From positions 391,572 through 455,571 of the forward strand of contig CAWIAU010000001.1 in the NCBI GenBank assembly GCA_963834265.1: a stretch of 64,000 nt of DNA. The letters run 5' to 3'. The first letter of the stretch is position 1. Each line of letters begins with the position of its first letter. Source of the DNA: an uncultured bacterium (GTDB taxonomy: Bacteria; Patescibacteriota; Saccharimonadia; Saccharimonadales; 2-12-FULL-41-12). The position numbers and the translations under genes are program-made. Positions 8,220 to 17,792 of this stretch are shown one piece after another. The notes under the pieces were generated by a model. That model had not been told where the DNA came from. It worked only from the letters and a program-made list of their open reading frames with translations, and did not search any database.

Positions 8220-9515
8220 ATGATAGATATTCAGTTTGTGCGGGACAACCCGGAGTTGGTTCAGGAAAAATCCGGACAAAAAGGCATCACTGTCGACATT
8301 GAGCAATTACTGAAATTAGACGGGGAACGCAAAGATTTGCTGGGTCAGGTAGAGGATTTGAGACGTCGACGCAATGAAATCGCCGAGTCAATGAAAGGTG
8401 GCAAACCGGAGGACTCCCTGATGGAAGAAGGCCGCCAAATCAAGATCGGGCTGAATGAACGCGAAAAATATCTGAAAGAATCAGAAGAGCAATGGAATGC
8501 TCTGCTCAAAAAAGTCCCTAACATGCCCGCTGATGATGTACCTGTCGGTGCTACTGAAGAAGAGAATGTAGTTGTCAAAACATGGGGCGACAAGCCACAG
8601 TTTGATTTTGAGATTAAAAACCACGCAGAAATTGCCGAAGCCAAAGGTTGGATCGATAAAGAACGTGGGGCAAAAATTGCCGGTGCGCGCTTCGTTTACC
8701 TGAAAGGTGATCTGGTGATGCTGGAATTTGCTCTTTGGCAGCTTGGCCTTAATGTCCTGACAAGTCAGGAGACTTTGCAAAAAATAATAGATGACAATAA
8801 CCTGCAGACCAGCGCAAAACCCTTTGTACCGGTATTACCACCGGCTGTGGCGAAGACTGAAGTATACCTGGCAACCGGTCGGCTCAAAAAAGAGGAAGAA
8901 ACCTACAAATTAGAAAATGATGACCTATGGCTCAATGCCAGTGCCGAACATACGCTGGCTCCGATGTATATGGGAGAAGTTCTGGCAGAAAATGACCTGC
9001 CGATTCGCTACGTTGGCTATACGACTGCTTTTCGGCGGGAAGCCGGAACATATGGCAAAGACACCGAGGGCATGTTTCGCCTGCACCAGTTCAACAAGCT
9101 CGAAATGGAAAGCTTTACGACTGCCGAAGATTCCATGCAGGAACACCTGCTGATGGTTGCTATTCAGGAGTACCTTATGCAGCAGCTTAAACTGCCATAT
9201 CAACTGCTTAACAAATGTACAGCCGACATTGGATTTCCGAACGCGCGCGGTATGGATATTGAAGTCTGGCTCCCGGGTCAGGACCGCTACCGTGAGACGC
9301 ATACAGCCGACTACATCACTGATTTTCAGGCACGCGGCACTAATACGCGCGTGAAGCGAAATGACGGTGCGATCCAGTTCGTACATAACAATGATGCCAC
9401 GGCTTTTTCGCAGCGGCCTTTGATCGCGATCATCGAAAATTATCAGCAGGCTGATGGATCAGTTATTGTTCCGGAAGTTCTAAGGCCCTACATGGGCGGA
9501 AGGGAACGCATATAA
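8220..9515 (+). CDS. serS: seryl-tRNA synthetase
   Basis: N-terminal coiled-coil arm and a class II core (TAFRREAGTYGKDTEGMFRLHQFNKLE; ATAFSQRPLIAIIENYQ). Confidence 0.9.
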   Translation: MIDIQFVRDNPELVQEKSGQKGITVDIEQLLKLDGERKDLLGQVEDLRRRRNEIAESMKGGKPEDSLMEEGRQIKIGLNEREKYLKESEEQWNALLKKVPNMPADDVPVGATEEENVVVKTWGDKPQFDFEIKNHAEIAEAKGWIDKERGAKIAGARFVYLKGDLVMLEFALWQLGLNVLTSQETLQKIIDDNNLQTSAKPFVPVLPPAVAKTEVYLATGRLKKEEETYKLENDDLWLNASAEHTLAPMYMGEVLAENDLPIRYVGYTTAFRREAGTYGKDTEGMFRLHQFNKLEMESFTTAEDSMQEHLLMVAIQEYLMQQLKLPYQLLNKCTADIGFPNARGMDIEVWLPGQDRYRETHTADYITDFQARGTNTRVKRNDGAIQFVHNNDATAFSQRPLIAIIENYQQADGSVIVPEVLRPYMGGRERI

Positions 9516-9517
9516 AT

Positions 9518-9877
9518 ATGACGAAAGCTTTGCATATCAGCGGGGTTCATAGCAAATTATCGAGTGAGGTAGCGGCCTACGCCCGCAAAAAACTTGGTCC
9601 TCTGGACAAATACGCGCCGAGAAAAGCTACCAAAAGCATGCACACAGAGGTCAAACTCAAAGAAGATCATGCCAAAAACAAGATGAACTGTACCTGCGAA
9701 GTCATAATGCATTTGCCGCATGCTACCATTACCGTTCATGAAAAGTCGACTACAATGTTTGCAGCCATAGACCAGGCCGAAGATAGGTTAAAAGTCCAGC
9801 TCAAAAAATACAAAGACAAACACGCTGCTTCGCGTATCCATCGCCGGATCCTCGGCCGCCTCCGCCGAAAAGCCTAA
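9518..9877 (+). CDS. hpf: ribosome hibernation promoting factor (short HPF/RaiA family)
   Basis: 119 aa with the typical pattern (LSSEVAAYARKKLGPLDKY...AAIDQAEDRLKVQLKKYKDK). Confidence 0.75.
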   Translation: MTKALHISGVHSKLSSEVAAYARKKLGPLDKYAPRKATKSMHTEVKLKEDHAKNKMNCTCEVIMHLPHATITVHEKSTTMFAAIDQAEDRLKVQLKKYKDKHAASRIHRRILGRLRRKA

Positions 9878-9895
9878 GGTTATTTATAAATTCGA

Positions 9896-10360
9896 ATGAC
9901 AATCACAAATCATATTCTGGCCGGGTCTGTTATCGGGCTGGTAGTCAAAGAGCCTGCTTCAGCGATTGCTTTATCGCTTGCTTCGCACTTTGCTATGGAT
10001 GCCTTGCCTCACTTCGGCTATCCGGGTAACAAAGGATTCTCCGAGGCTCTGAAACACCGATTGAGTTATGTTGTCGGCTATCTGACCTTAATTTTGACAA
10101 TTACGGTAAGCCTGATACTGATAGTAAATAATCAGTGGTTTGCTCTGTTATGCGGTATCATTGCTGCCTCTCCTGATGTTATGGGTTGGTACAACTTCCT
10201 CGCCTATGAAAAGAAAGGCAAATCTGCCAAAGGTATGCTGGAATTGTTCCACATCAAATTCCACCGGCGCATTCAGAAATTTGAACGCCCATGGGGAATC
10301 TACATAGAAATTTTTACTTTTATAACTTTATTAATACTAGCTCTAAAAAATATACCCTGA
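9896..10360 (+). CDS. small integral membrane protein (possibly DUF457/YdjM-like)
   Basis: 154 aa with 3-4 TM segments. The N-terminus MTITNHILAGSVIG...HFAMDALPH faintly resembles the YdjM family. It sits between hpf and secA and is followed by repeat copy 1. Confidence 0.35.
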   Translation: MTITNHILAGSVIGLVVKEPASAIALSLASHFAMDALPHFGYPGNKGFSEALKHRLSYVVGYLTLILTITVSLILIVNNQWFALLCGIIAASPDVMGWYNFLAYEKKGKSAKGMLELFHIKFHRRIQKFERPWGIYIEIFTFITLLILALKNIP

Positions 10361-10385
10361 ATTTTAACGTCTTATTCGTAATATT

Positions 10386-10690
10386 AATCAAAATTATCTC
10401 TAGTAATTTTTCCATGGAATTGCCTCAGGCCCGAAAAGTTTTTGATGAGCGAGTGTCAAAACAACAATTAGTAATCATGGACACAGTCCGGACTTATTCC
10501 TTAAGGATTAACAAAGAAATCCGGGCCGACCAGAGGGAGTCGCCCATATATTGTTGGCTTTGACTTGTGAGATCATAAAGAGCTTTTAGTCGCCTGCGGC
10601 GTTTTTGAATACTTTTGTTGCTGCTGACAAAAGTATTGACTTGGTTCTTCGTCGGAAGAACATATTTTTGATTCTTAGCAAAGAACACTG
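10386..10690 (+). repeat. structured intergenic element, copy 1 (large apical domain as in copy 5; 3' tail as in copies 4 and 5)
   Basis: Head AATCAAAATTATCTCTAGTAATTTTTCCATGGA; hairpin TCAGG/TTTGA; long stem TCAAAACAACAAT/ATTGTTGGCTTTGA; 3' hairpins ATACTTTTGT/ACAAAAGTAT, GTTCTTC/GAAGAAC and TTCTT/AAGAA. Confidence 0.85.
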
Positions 10691-10746
10691 AAAATCACAA
10701 ATTATCTGGCCATATTCTTCTTCTTTGAGGTATACTATATGGAACC

Positions 10747-10910
10747 TTAGGGCTCTTGAAGAAATAATTTTCCATCTGGCTAGCCCTTTGCGTCTAAAAC
10801 TAATCCCGGCTCAGTCCTACGTACCAATGGGTACGCTTCCTTATCCGGAATCAGTTTCAGATCACAAATCATCTACCCAGAGTGATAATTTATTTCTTCA
10901 AGAGCCCTTA
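10747..10910 (+). ncRNA. ~164 nt rod-like imperfect palindrome in the secA 5' region (candidate structured RNA/leader or MITE-like unit)
   Basis: Perfect 18-bp stem GGGCTCTTGAAGAAATAA (10750-10767) / TTATTTCTTCAAGAGCCC (10890-10907). Further interrupted pairing inside (CTGGCTAG/CTACCCAG; TCTAAAACTAATCCCGG/CCGGAATCAGTTTCAGA). Apical hairpin CGTACC-AATG-GGTACG. TATACT box at 10731-10736. Confidence 0.4.
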
Positions 10911-10935
10911 GTGGAGTGAGGAAATTGTTTAATTT

Positions 10936-13545
10936 ATGAAGAAAATCCTGAAGAAAGTTATAGGCGACCCGAACGCGCGCGTAGTAAAGCGTCTGAAGCG
11001 CCGTGTAGGCGCCATAAATGCTCTTGAATCCACATATAAGCCGATGAGTGATGCTCAGCTGACAAAACAGACTGACAAGCTAAAGGAGCGCCTTAAAAAG
11101 GAATCACTGGACAAAATATTGCCGGACGCCTTTGCAGTAGTGCGCGAGGCAGCCAGGCGCAAACTCGGACAACGGCACTTTGACGTACAGCTGATCGGCG
11201 GCATGGCTCTTCACATGGGCAGCGTGGCCGAGATGAAGACAGGGGAGGGTAAAACTCTGACTTCGACCGCGCCGGTGTATTTGAACGCACTTACTGAAAA
11301 AGGTGTCCACGTCGTGACCGTCAATGATTATCTGGCGCAGCGTGATGCCGGCTGGATGGGGCAGATCTTTCATTTTTTGGGACTGCAAACCGGCGTAATT
11401 ATTGCAGATCACTCATTTCTGTATGATCCGAAATTCGATAACAAAGACCACGACGACCCCCGGATAAAACAGCTCAGACCCTGCACCCGTCAGGAAGCTT
11501 ATGCTGCCGACGTGACATACGGAACAAATAATGAGTTCGGTTTTGATTACCTGCGCGACAATATGGTACGTGAGGTTGAGCAGCTGCGACAGCGCGAGCT
11601 CAATTTTGCAATCGTGGACGAAGTCGACTCTATTCTGATCGACGAAGCACGTACGCCGCTGATTATTTCTGCGCCATCTACCGCCAGCGGTAATGCGTAT
11701 CAGCAATTTGCCAAGCTTGTACGAACTATAGAGCGGGACAAGCATTATGAGGTCGATGAAAAGCGCAAGGCCGTAGCCCTGAACGATGACGGTATAGACA
11801 GCATTGAGAAAAGTCTGGGGATAGAAAATTTATATGCTACCGGCAATATTCGCACTATATATCATCTGGAACAGGCCCTCAAAGCTCAGGCATTGTTCAA
11901 ACGGGACAAAGACTATGTGGTCACAACGGACGGGGAAGTTGTTATTGTCGATGAATTTACCGGTCGTTTGCTGAAAGGGCGGCGCTATAATGAAGGATTA
12001 CATCAGGCTATAGAGGCCAAGGAAAACGTAGAGATTCAGGAAGAATCCATGACCCTTGCAACTATCAGTTTCCAGAATTATTTCCGGTTGTATGACAAGT
12101 TATCCGGTATGACCGGTACTGCTACAACAGAGGCAGAAGAATTTCATCAGGTGTACAAACTTGATGTTTATGAGATTCCGCCGAACCGCAAGCTTATCCG
12201 CGATGATAAGCCTGATCGTATCTACAAAACCGAAGTAGCCAAATTCCGTGCTATAGCCCGTGAAGTTAAGGCACTGAGTAAAAAAGGTCAGCCGGTTCTG
12301 CTCGGTACTGTATCGATTGCCCGCAACGAGACTCTGAGTAAACTGCTTAAAAAAGAAGGTGTAGTACATCAGGTCCTCAATGCCAAAAATAACGAAAAAG
12401 AAGCCGCCATTATAGCCAAAGCCGGTACCAAAGGTGCTGTGACTCTGGCTACTAACATTGCCGGTCGTGGTACCGACATCGTGCTGGACAAAGATGCCAA
12501 AAAAGCCGGAGGACTATTCGTGTTAGGCAGTGAACGTCATGAATCACGCCGTATCGACAATCAGCTCCGCGGTCGTTCCGGACGTCAGGGTGATCCGGGC
12601 GAAACGCAATTCTTCGTCAGTTGCGAAGATGATCTGATGCGTATTTTTGGCGGGGAACGTATCATGAAAGTTATGGACCGTCTTAAAGTTGACGAAGATA
12701 CACCGGTTGAGAATCGCATTATCAGCAAGAGTCTGGAGGGAGCGCAGAAAAAAGTGGAAGGCTTCAACTTCGATACGCGCAAAAATGTTGTCCAGTACGA
12801 TGATGTGATGAACCGACATCGTAAGGCAACTTACAGCATGCGTGGCGAAATACTGCGCAATGCCGATATCAGCAGGCGGGTACGCGAATTTATACATTCC
12901 GAAGCTAAAGATCTGGCTGATTCAGAGGTAGCAACCACCGATCATTATGAGGATCATCTGAAAGAAGTATTTCCCCTTGATGACAAAACTCTGGATCGCT
13001 TATTTGACCTGTCACCCGATAAGTTTGCGTCAGAGCTGGAAAAAGCAGTTGATAAACTGTACAAAGAACAGGAAGAACGCTTTGGAGCAGAGATACTTCG
13101 TAAGATCGAGCGCGACATCTATCTGCAAATACTGGATAATTTCTGGATGCAGCATCTGGAGAATATGGATCATCTCCGCGAGGGTATTCACTGGATGGGT
13201 GTTGGCCAGCGTGATCCACTCGTTGAGTATCGTCAGCAATCTCAACGTATTTTTGAGGATATGCAGCGTGCCCTGCGTCATGAAGTTGTGCGGAATCTGT
13301 TTAATGCCCGTCCAATTTCTCAGGCAGATCTCGACAAAGCAGTAGAGACCGATCTTACACGGGCAGCACGATCATCCGTAAGCAATGCCGATAAGATTAT
13401 AGAGGCCGAAGAATTCCAGGAAACAGATTTCAAGAGTGAAGCGACAGAAGAAGCCGAGATCAAAAAAACGAAAAATAAACTCAGGAAGAGTCATAAAGCC
13501 GAACGTCAGCGTAAGGCAAAAGCCCGCAAAAAAGGACGAAAATAA
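10936..13545 (+). CDS. secA: preprotein translocase ATPase SecA
   Basis: 869 aa with MKTGEGKTL (Walker A) and DEVDSILIDEARTPLIIS (DEAD-like), plus a basic C-terminal tail. Confidence 0.95.
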   Translation: MKKILKKVIGDPNARVVKRLKRRVGAINALESTYKPMSDAQLTKQTDKLKERLKKESLDKILPDAFAVVREAARRKLGQRHFDVQLIGGMALHMGSVAEMKTGEGKTLTSTAPVYLNALTEKGVHVVTVNDYLAQRDAGWMGQIFHFLGLQTGVIIADHSFLYDPKFDNKDHDDPRIKQLRPCTRQEAYAADVTYGTNNEFGFDYLRDNMVREVEQLRQRELNFAIVDEVDSILIDEARTPLIISAPSTASGNAYQQFAKLVRTIERDKHYEVDEKRKAVALNDDGIDSIEKSLGIENLYATGNIRTIYHLEQALKAQALFKRDKDYVVTTDGEVVIVDEFTGRLLKGRRYNEGLHQAIEAKENVEIQEESMTLATISFQNYFRLYDKLSGMTGTATTEAEEFHQVYKLDVYEIPPNRKLIRDDKPDRIYKTEVAKFRAIAREVKALSKKGQPVLLGTVSIARNETLSKLLKKEGVVHQVLNAKNNEKEAAIIAKAGTKGAVTLATNIAGRGTDIVLDKDAKKAGGLFVLGSERHESRRIDNQLRGRSGRQGDPGETQFFVSCEDDLMRIFGGERIMKVMDRLKVDEDTPVENRIISKSLEGAQKKVEGFNFDTRKNVVQYDDVMNRHRKATYSMRGEILRNADISRRVREFIHSEAKDLADSEVATTDHYEDHLKEVFPLDDKTLDRLFDLSPDKFASELEKAVDKLYKEQEERFGAEILRKIERDIYLQILDNFWMQHLENMDHLREGIHWMGVGQRDPLVEYRQQSQRIFEDMQRALRHEVVRNLFNARPISQADLDKAVETDLTRAARSSVSNADKIIEAEEFQETDFKSEATEEAEIKKTKNKLRKSHKAERQRKAKARKKGRK

Positions 13546-13673
13546 TTTGCAATGCGTAATTGGCAGTTTGCAATAGTTTATCAATTAACTATGAGCTATT
13601 TACTACCTCAATGCCAATTGCTAATAGCTAATGCATCGTTCATAGCTAATAGTAAATCGGAAATTGTAACCTT

Positions 13674-14957
13674 GTGAGTCATACAGTAACAGAACTTCAG
13701 TTAAAAAATGGTGCCAAAGGTCTGCTGGTGCATATTCCGGAAGCTACTGTGATGACAATCGAGATCAACTTCCGGGCCGGTGAGTATCTGGTTGATACAC
13801 CGAAGTGGGAAACACCTCACATTATGGAGCACCTGCTTCTTGGTGCAAACAAACGTATCCCCAAAGCACGAATCTTTCAGGCCGAATTCGAAAAGAACGG
13901 GGCATACTGTAATGCCAGCACCAGCGCATATGACATCACATATGAAGCAGAATGTGCAGACTTTGAGTGGGAGCGTATTCTGGATCTTATGTTGGTTGCG
14001 ATCACTGATCCGCTATTCCTGGATGAAGAATTTGATGCCGAAGTCGGTAACGTACGTGAAGAGTTGACGGGACGTGCCAACAACCATTTCCGACATCTCA
14101 GTCTTGCCCTACGTGAAGCTTTCGGTCTGTGTGCTCTGACTGACAAAGAACGCCTGGAACTGATGCAGAATGTTACGTTGACAGATGTCAAAAAACACTA
14201 CGAACGCACCCACACTGCCGATAATATGCGGTTCATTCTGGCAGGCAACTTTCCGTCAAAACGCCGTATCCATATCAAGAATGTGTTAGAAGATATCGCG
14301 CTGCCTGTAGGGACGGGTCGTCTTGATCTTCCTCAGGAAATACCGCAGAAGCTTGAAAAGGTACTGTTTATTCCCAACAAAACTGTCGATAATATTCACT
14401 TTTATCTGGATACGTTTCACACAGGTCATATCAGCGATCCGGAATTTGACGCGCTGTTGCTCGTAAACAGCATGTTAACAGAAACCTTATATTCCCGGAT
14501 TCTGGGTACTGCCCGGGAACGCGGTCTGGTATATGGTATGAGCTCCAGCGCACATACCGGCAAATTCAGTACCAACTGGTGGTTCGGCACTCAGGTGAGT
14601 GTAGGCCACGCACCGGCCTTATTCGATATTATCATAAGAGAGATAGAGAAGGTGAGGGCCGGTGACCTGTCGGCCAAAGATATCGATGATGCAAAGCAGT
14701 ACTCGTTGGGCCGGTACCAGCGCAGCGGACAGACCGTAGGCGGTATTGCCGGTATGTATGCCGGCCGGTATTTTTACGAAGACATCATCCATTACTATCA
14801 GGATGTTCCGAAGCACATCAAAGCTATTACTAAGAAACGCATTGTCGATACATCTAAAGTACTATTTGCCGATGATATATGGGGTCTGGGCGTACTCGGT
14901 GGCAACGACCGCATTGTAGCCGACATGCTCCACGCCCAAGCCTCTGTCCTGTGGTGA
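13674..14957 (+). CDS. M16 (insulinase/pitrilysin) family zinc peptidase
   Basis: Inverted zinc motif HxxEH (PHIMEHLLLG). 427 aa with a two-lobe M16 layout. GTG start. Confidence 0.75.
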   Translation: MSHTVTELQLKNGAKGLLVHIPEATVMTIEINFRAGEYLVDTPKWETPHIMEHLLLGANKRIPKARIFQAEFEKNGAYCNASTSAYDITYEAECADFEWERILDLMLVAITDPLFLDEEFDAEVGNVREELTGRANNHFRHLSLALREAFGLCALTDKERLELMQNVTLTDVKKHYERTHTADNMRFILAGNFPSKRRIHIKNVLEDIALPVGTGRLDLPQEIPQKLEKVLFIPNKTVDNIHFYLDTFHTGHISDPEFDALLLVNSMLTETLYSRILGTARERGLVYGMSSSAHTGKFSTNWWFGTQVSVGHAPALFDIIIREIEKVRAGDLSAKDIDDAKQYSLGRYQRSGQTVGGIAGMYAGRYFYEDIIHYYQDVPKHIKAITKKRIVDTSKVLFADDIWGLGVLGGNDRIVADMLHAQASVLW

Positions 14958-14964
14958 GAAAGTA

Positions 14965-16617
14965 TTAATTTGTTGCTTGAATGCGTGGTTTGGCAGGGAA
15001 TTTTCCACTATAAAAACGTCCAAAAATAGTATTTTTACCGTTACCGGATTTAATTTTTTCCTCAAATAACTTGAAGCTATGTCGTAGCCTTTCATGAGAA
15101 TTCCTTGTTTCTACTGTTCCAGTTGCAGGATCTATCGCCCTGGGGTAAGTAAAGCTACCCCTGAGTAATATTGTTTGTTCCAGCGATAAACGCTGAGTGG
15201 CAGATATGAGACTGTTAGAACTTATACCAAGATGGGCGGCAACCTGTAGGATATCAACCGCTTGCTGTCTCTTTTCAAAATCCGGATCACTTGATGCAGC
15301 AGTGAATAAGATTGCTGCCGGTACATCGTGCTTGTCGAATAAGTCTGCGACTAGTCTTTTAGTTACTATTAAACGTCCCGTTGGATCTGCTGAAAGACCT
15401 GCTGAAATGACATTATGCAAGTTTGTAGTTAGCAAAGCGGGTTTCTCATAGGCAATTCGCATCAGTGAATTCAGGATAATCGTCTTACCATCAAAGGCTG
15501 TTGATATCTTCGCGCCGGTTTCAGGGCCATATCGTTCCAACAAAGATGCCGGATTGAGTAGCGCGAATTCTGTTTCGGATAAATCAGCTGGCACAGAGTC
15601 AAATAGCTCCATCCAGGAATCGGTAGCCTTCGATAGCTGATCGCTGCGTATTTGTATTCCCGCCAGCTGATTGTGAACCGCATCGAGTGCCGTAAGCGAG
15701 TTGTCGTGTAGTATTGTCGGCGGTGTTTCCGCAACATGCACATAAGACATTTGTCCAAAGCACACGGTTTCAAAATCAACTAATCGTTGCGGGTTTGTTG
15801 GTATGTCAAGGGCCATGTGTCTGGCATAAGCTTTTAATTTGCTTGTAGGTTTTGGCTTGGTTATCCCATCTCTTACATTAACTTCGACATCTATGCTTTC
15901 AATAAGTTGATCAAAATCACTTGTATCAACCTTTGCAGTGAATGAATCAGTGTAAGCGTATAGACCGCGTTTTTGGTTTGTTCTATCGGCAAGGTACTTT
16001 GCTTTTGCCTCAAGCATTGCCGTCTTTTTTGCTCGCTTCGTTTCGCTTGTAGCAATCTTCTTGGTCTCAACATCTGCTGTTTGCACTATTCTTGGCAGCG
16101 AAACTCGCTCTGTGTTCACGAGTTTGGCTGCTTTTTCGTCTTTTCTCTCTTGAGCTTCTTCGATAATGCGGTTAGCAAAGTCAAAAATAGCACTTCCCTG
16201 AGAACGATCACCGATACGATCTAATAGTATGACAGCGCCTTCCGTAACCATCTTTTTGGTAAGTAAGTCCTGTGGCTTCTGAACTGTTTCGGCGTCTCTC
16301 CTAAAAGCTTCTAGAGCTATGCTTACTGAAAAATCTCTGGTTGCAATTACCGAGATGCCTTTTACATGAAAAAGTGAGTTCTGCTTATTTGGCTTACGAC
16401 TGTCCAGTGCTTCCGGAACAACGGCTATAACTTCTTCCGTTAGTACCTTGTCTGAAAGCGCCCCCCCCTCTAGTGGCAAATTTCTAGCTAGAGCATCTCT
16501 GACAAAAGGAAGCTGAAAATCTTCTGTCTCAGTAACTCTAGTTGCCGATAAATCATACGAAAAAGCACCATTAGAAAGTGGCGTCTCTATAGGACCAAAT
16601 GCTGCCTCATGAGCCAT
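14965..16617 (-). CDS. hypothetical protein (550 aa, no recognisable domain)
   Basis: Long uninterrupted minus-strand ORF, convergent with the M16 gene and divergent from prfB. No TM or signal peptide seen. Confidence 0.55.
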   Translation of the reverse strand: MAHEAAFGPIETPLSNGAFSYDLSATRVTETEDFQLPFVRDALARNLPLEGGALSDKVLTEEVIAVVPEALDSRKPNKQNSLFHVKGISVIATRDFSVSIALEAFRRDAETVQKPQDLLTKKMVTEGAVILLDRIGDRSQGSAIFDFANRIIEEAQERKDEKAAKLVNTERVSLPRIVQTADVETKKIATSETKRAKKTAMLEAKAKYLADRTNQKRGLYAYTDSFTAKVDTSDFDQLIESIDVEVNVRDGITKPKPTSKLKAYARHMALDIPTNPQRLVDFETVCFGQMSYVHVAETPPTILHDNSLTALDAVHNQLAGIQIRSDQLSKATDSWMELFDSVPADLSETEFALLNPASLLERYGPETGAKISTAFDGKTIILNSLMRIAYEKPALLTTNLHNVISAGLSADPTGRLIVTKRLVADLFDKHDVPAAILFTAASSDPDFEKRQQAVDILQVAAHLGISSNSLISATQRLSLEQTILLRGSFTYPRAIDPATGTVETRNSHERLRHSFKLFEEKIKSGNGKNTIFGRFYSGKFPAKPRIQATN

Positions 16618-16699
16618 AATATATCATTAAATCAGATTTTATAGTTTTATACAACCTTAAGCTTTTTGTGTAAAGCTATGCTCTATACTATCTAGAGTT

Positions 16700-17770
16700 A
16701 TGGATTTAAAGACACGAATACAGAATTTGGAACAAGAACTAAGGGATGCTCTAAGACGGATTGGTTTTGACGCACTCAAGACAGAACGAGAGAAGCTATT
16801 TGCTAAGAGCCAAGCGGCGGATTTTTGGCAGGATAATCTGAGTGCTCAGGGCGTTATGCAGCAGTTATCCAAGCTGGAAATACGGATAGAACCATGGCAG
16901 AAGCTCCAAAAAGAGCTGTATGAACTCAAAGAGATGTCAGAACTGGACGATAAAACTCTTCAGGATGATCTGGAAAAACAGCTGAAACAACTCGAAGCAG
17001 AATTAGAAAAACTGCGCACGGAGCTGGCTTACAGCGGACCGCATGATCAGGCAGATGCCCTGTTGAGTATTCATGCCGGTGCCGGAGGTACCGATGCACA
17101 GGATTGGGCACAGATGCTGCTTCGCATGTATATGCGATGGGCCGAACAAAGTAAATATAAAGTAACTACTATTGACGAATCAGCCGGAGACGAAGCGGGC
17201 ATCAAAAGCGTGACGATATCAATTAGCGGTCCACTGGCCTACGGCAAACTTAAGGGGGAGCATGGCGTACATCGCCTGGTCCGGCTCAGCCCGTTCAACG
17301 CCAATAACCTGCGCCAGACCAGCTTTGCCAAAGTAGAAATATTGCCCAGAACAGACCAGCCTGACGTTGTACCTCTCGATGAAAAAGAGCTCAAAATTGA
17401 CGTTTACAGGGCGGGTGGTCACGGTGGTCAGAGCGTTAATACTACTGATTCAGCCGTGCGGATAACACATTTGCCTACAGGGCTCACTGTCAGTATCCAG
17501 AACGAACGCAGCCAACTGCAAAATAAAGAAACAGCCCTGACTATTTTGCGGTCACGACTGGCACATCTGCAGTCAGAACAGCACGCAGAGAAATTATCCG
17601 AACTCAAAGGTCCCAATCAGTCTGCTGAATGGGGCAACCAGATTCGCAGCTATGTTCTTCATCCATACAAACAGGTCAAAGATTTACGCACTAATTACGA
17701 AAGCAAAGACCCGTCAGCTGTCCTTGATGGTGCGCTGGATCCATTTATTGAATCCTATAGCAAATCGTAA
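16700..17770 (+). CDS. prfB: peptide chain release factor 2 (single continuous frame)
   Basis: SPF tripeptide (VRLSPFNA) and GGQ (GGHGGQSVNTTDSAVRITHLPTG). The N-terminal domain is in the same frame. Confidence 0.9.
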   Translation: MDLKTRIQNLEQELRDALRRIGFDALKTEREKLFAKSQAADFWQDNLSAQGVMQQLSKLEIRIEPWQKLQKELYELKEMSELDDKTLQDDLEKQLKQLEAELEKLRTELAYSGPHDQADALLSIHAGAGGTDAQDWAQMLLRMYMRWAEQSKYKVTTIDESAGDEAGIKSVTISISGPLAYGKLKGEHGVHRLVRLSPFNANNLRQTSFAKVEILPRTDQPDVVPLDEKELKIDVYRAGGHGGQSVNTTDSAVRITHLPTGLTVSIQNERSQLQNKETALTILRSRLAHLQSEQHAEKLSELKGPNQSAEWGNQIRSYVLHPYKQVKDLRTNYESKDPSAVLDGALDPFIESYSKS

Positions 17771-17792
17771 AAGTCCTATATAATAACTGGTA

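Noticed and set aside
10747-10910. Possible 6S RNA, based on ~165-180 nt size, a long closing stem and a nearby promoter-like box.
   Set aside because: The fold is an almost continuous rod without the large central bubble that defines 6S RNA. It is kept as an unassigned structured unit instead.
13546-13673. Repeated short words (TTTGCAAT x2, AGCTAAT x3) and a 9-10 bp inverted repeat (GTAATTGGCA/TGCCAATTGC) between secA and the M16 gene.
   Set aside because: They are short and AT-rich, occur nowhere else in the window, and have no clear terminator or operator geometry. They are not distinguishable from chance.
16700-17770. I looked for the classical programmed +1 frameshift site (CUU UGA C) in prfB.
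   Set aside because: The RF2 ORF is continuous from its ATG through the SPF and GGQ motifs, and no in-frame UGA occurs near codon 25. This gene does not use the autoregulatory frameshift.
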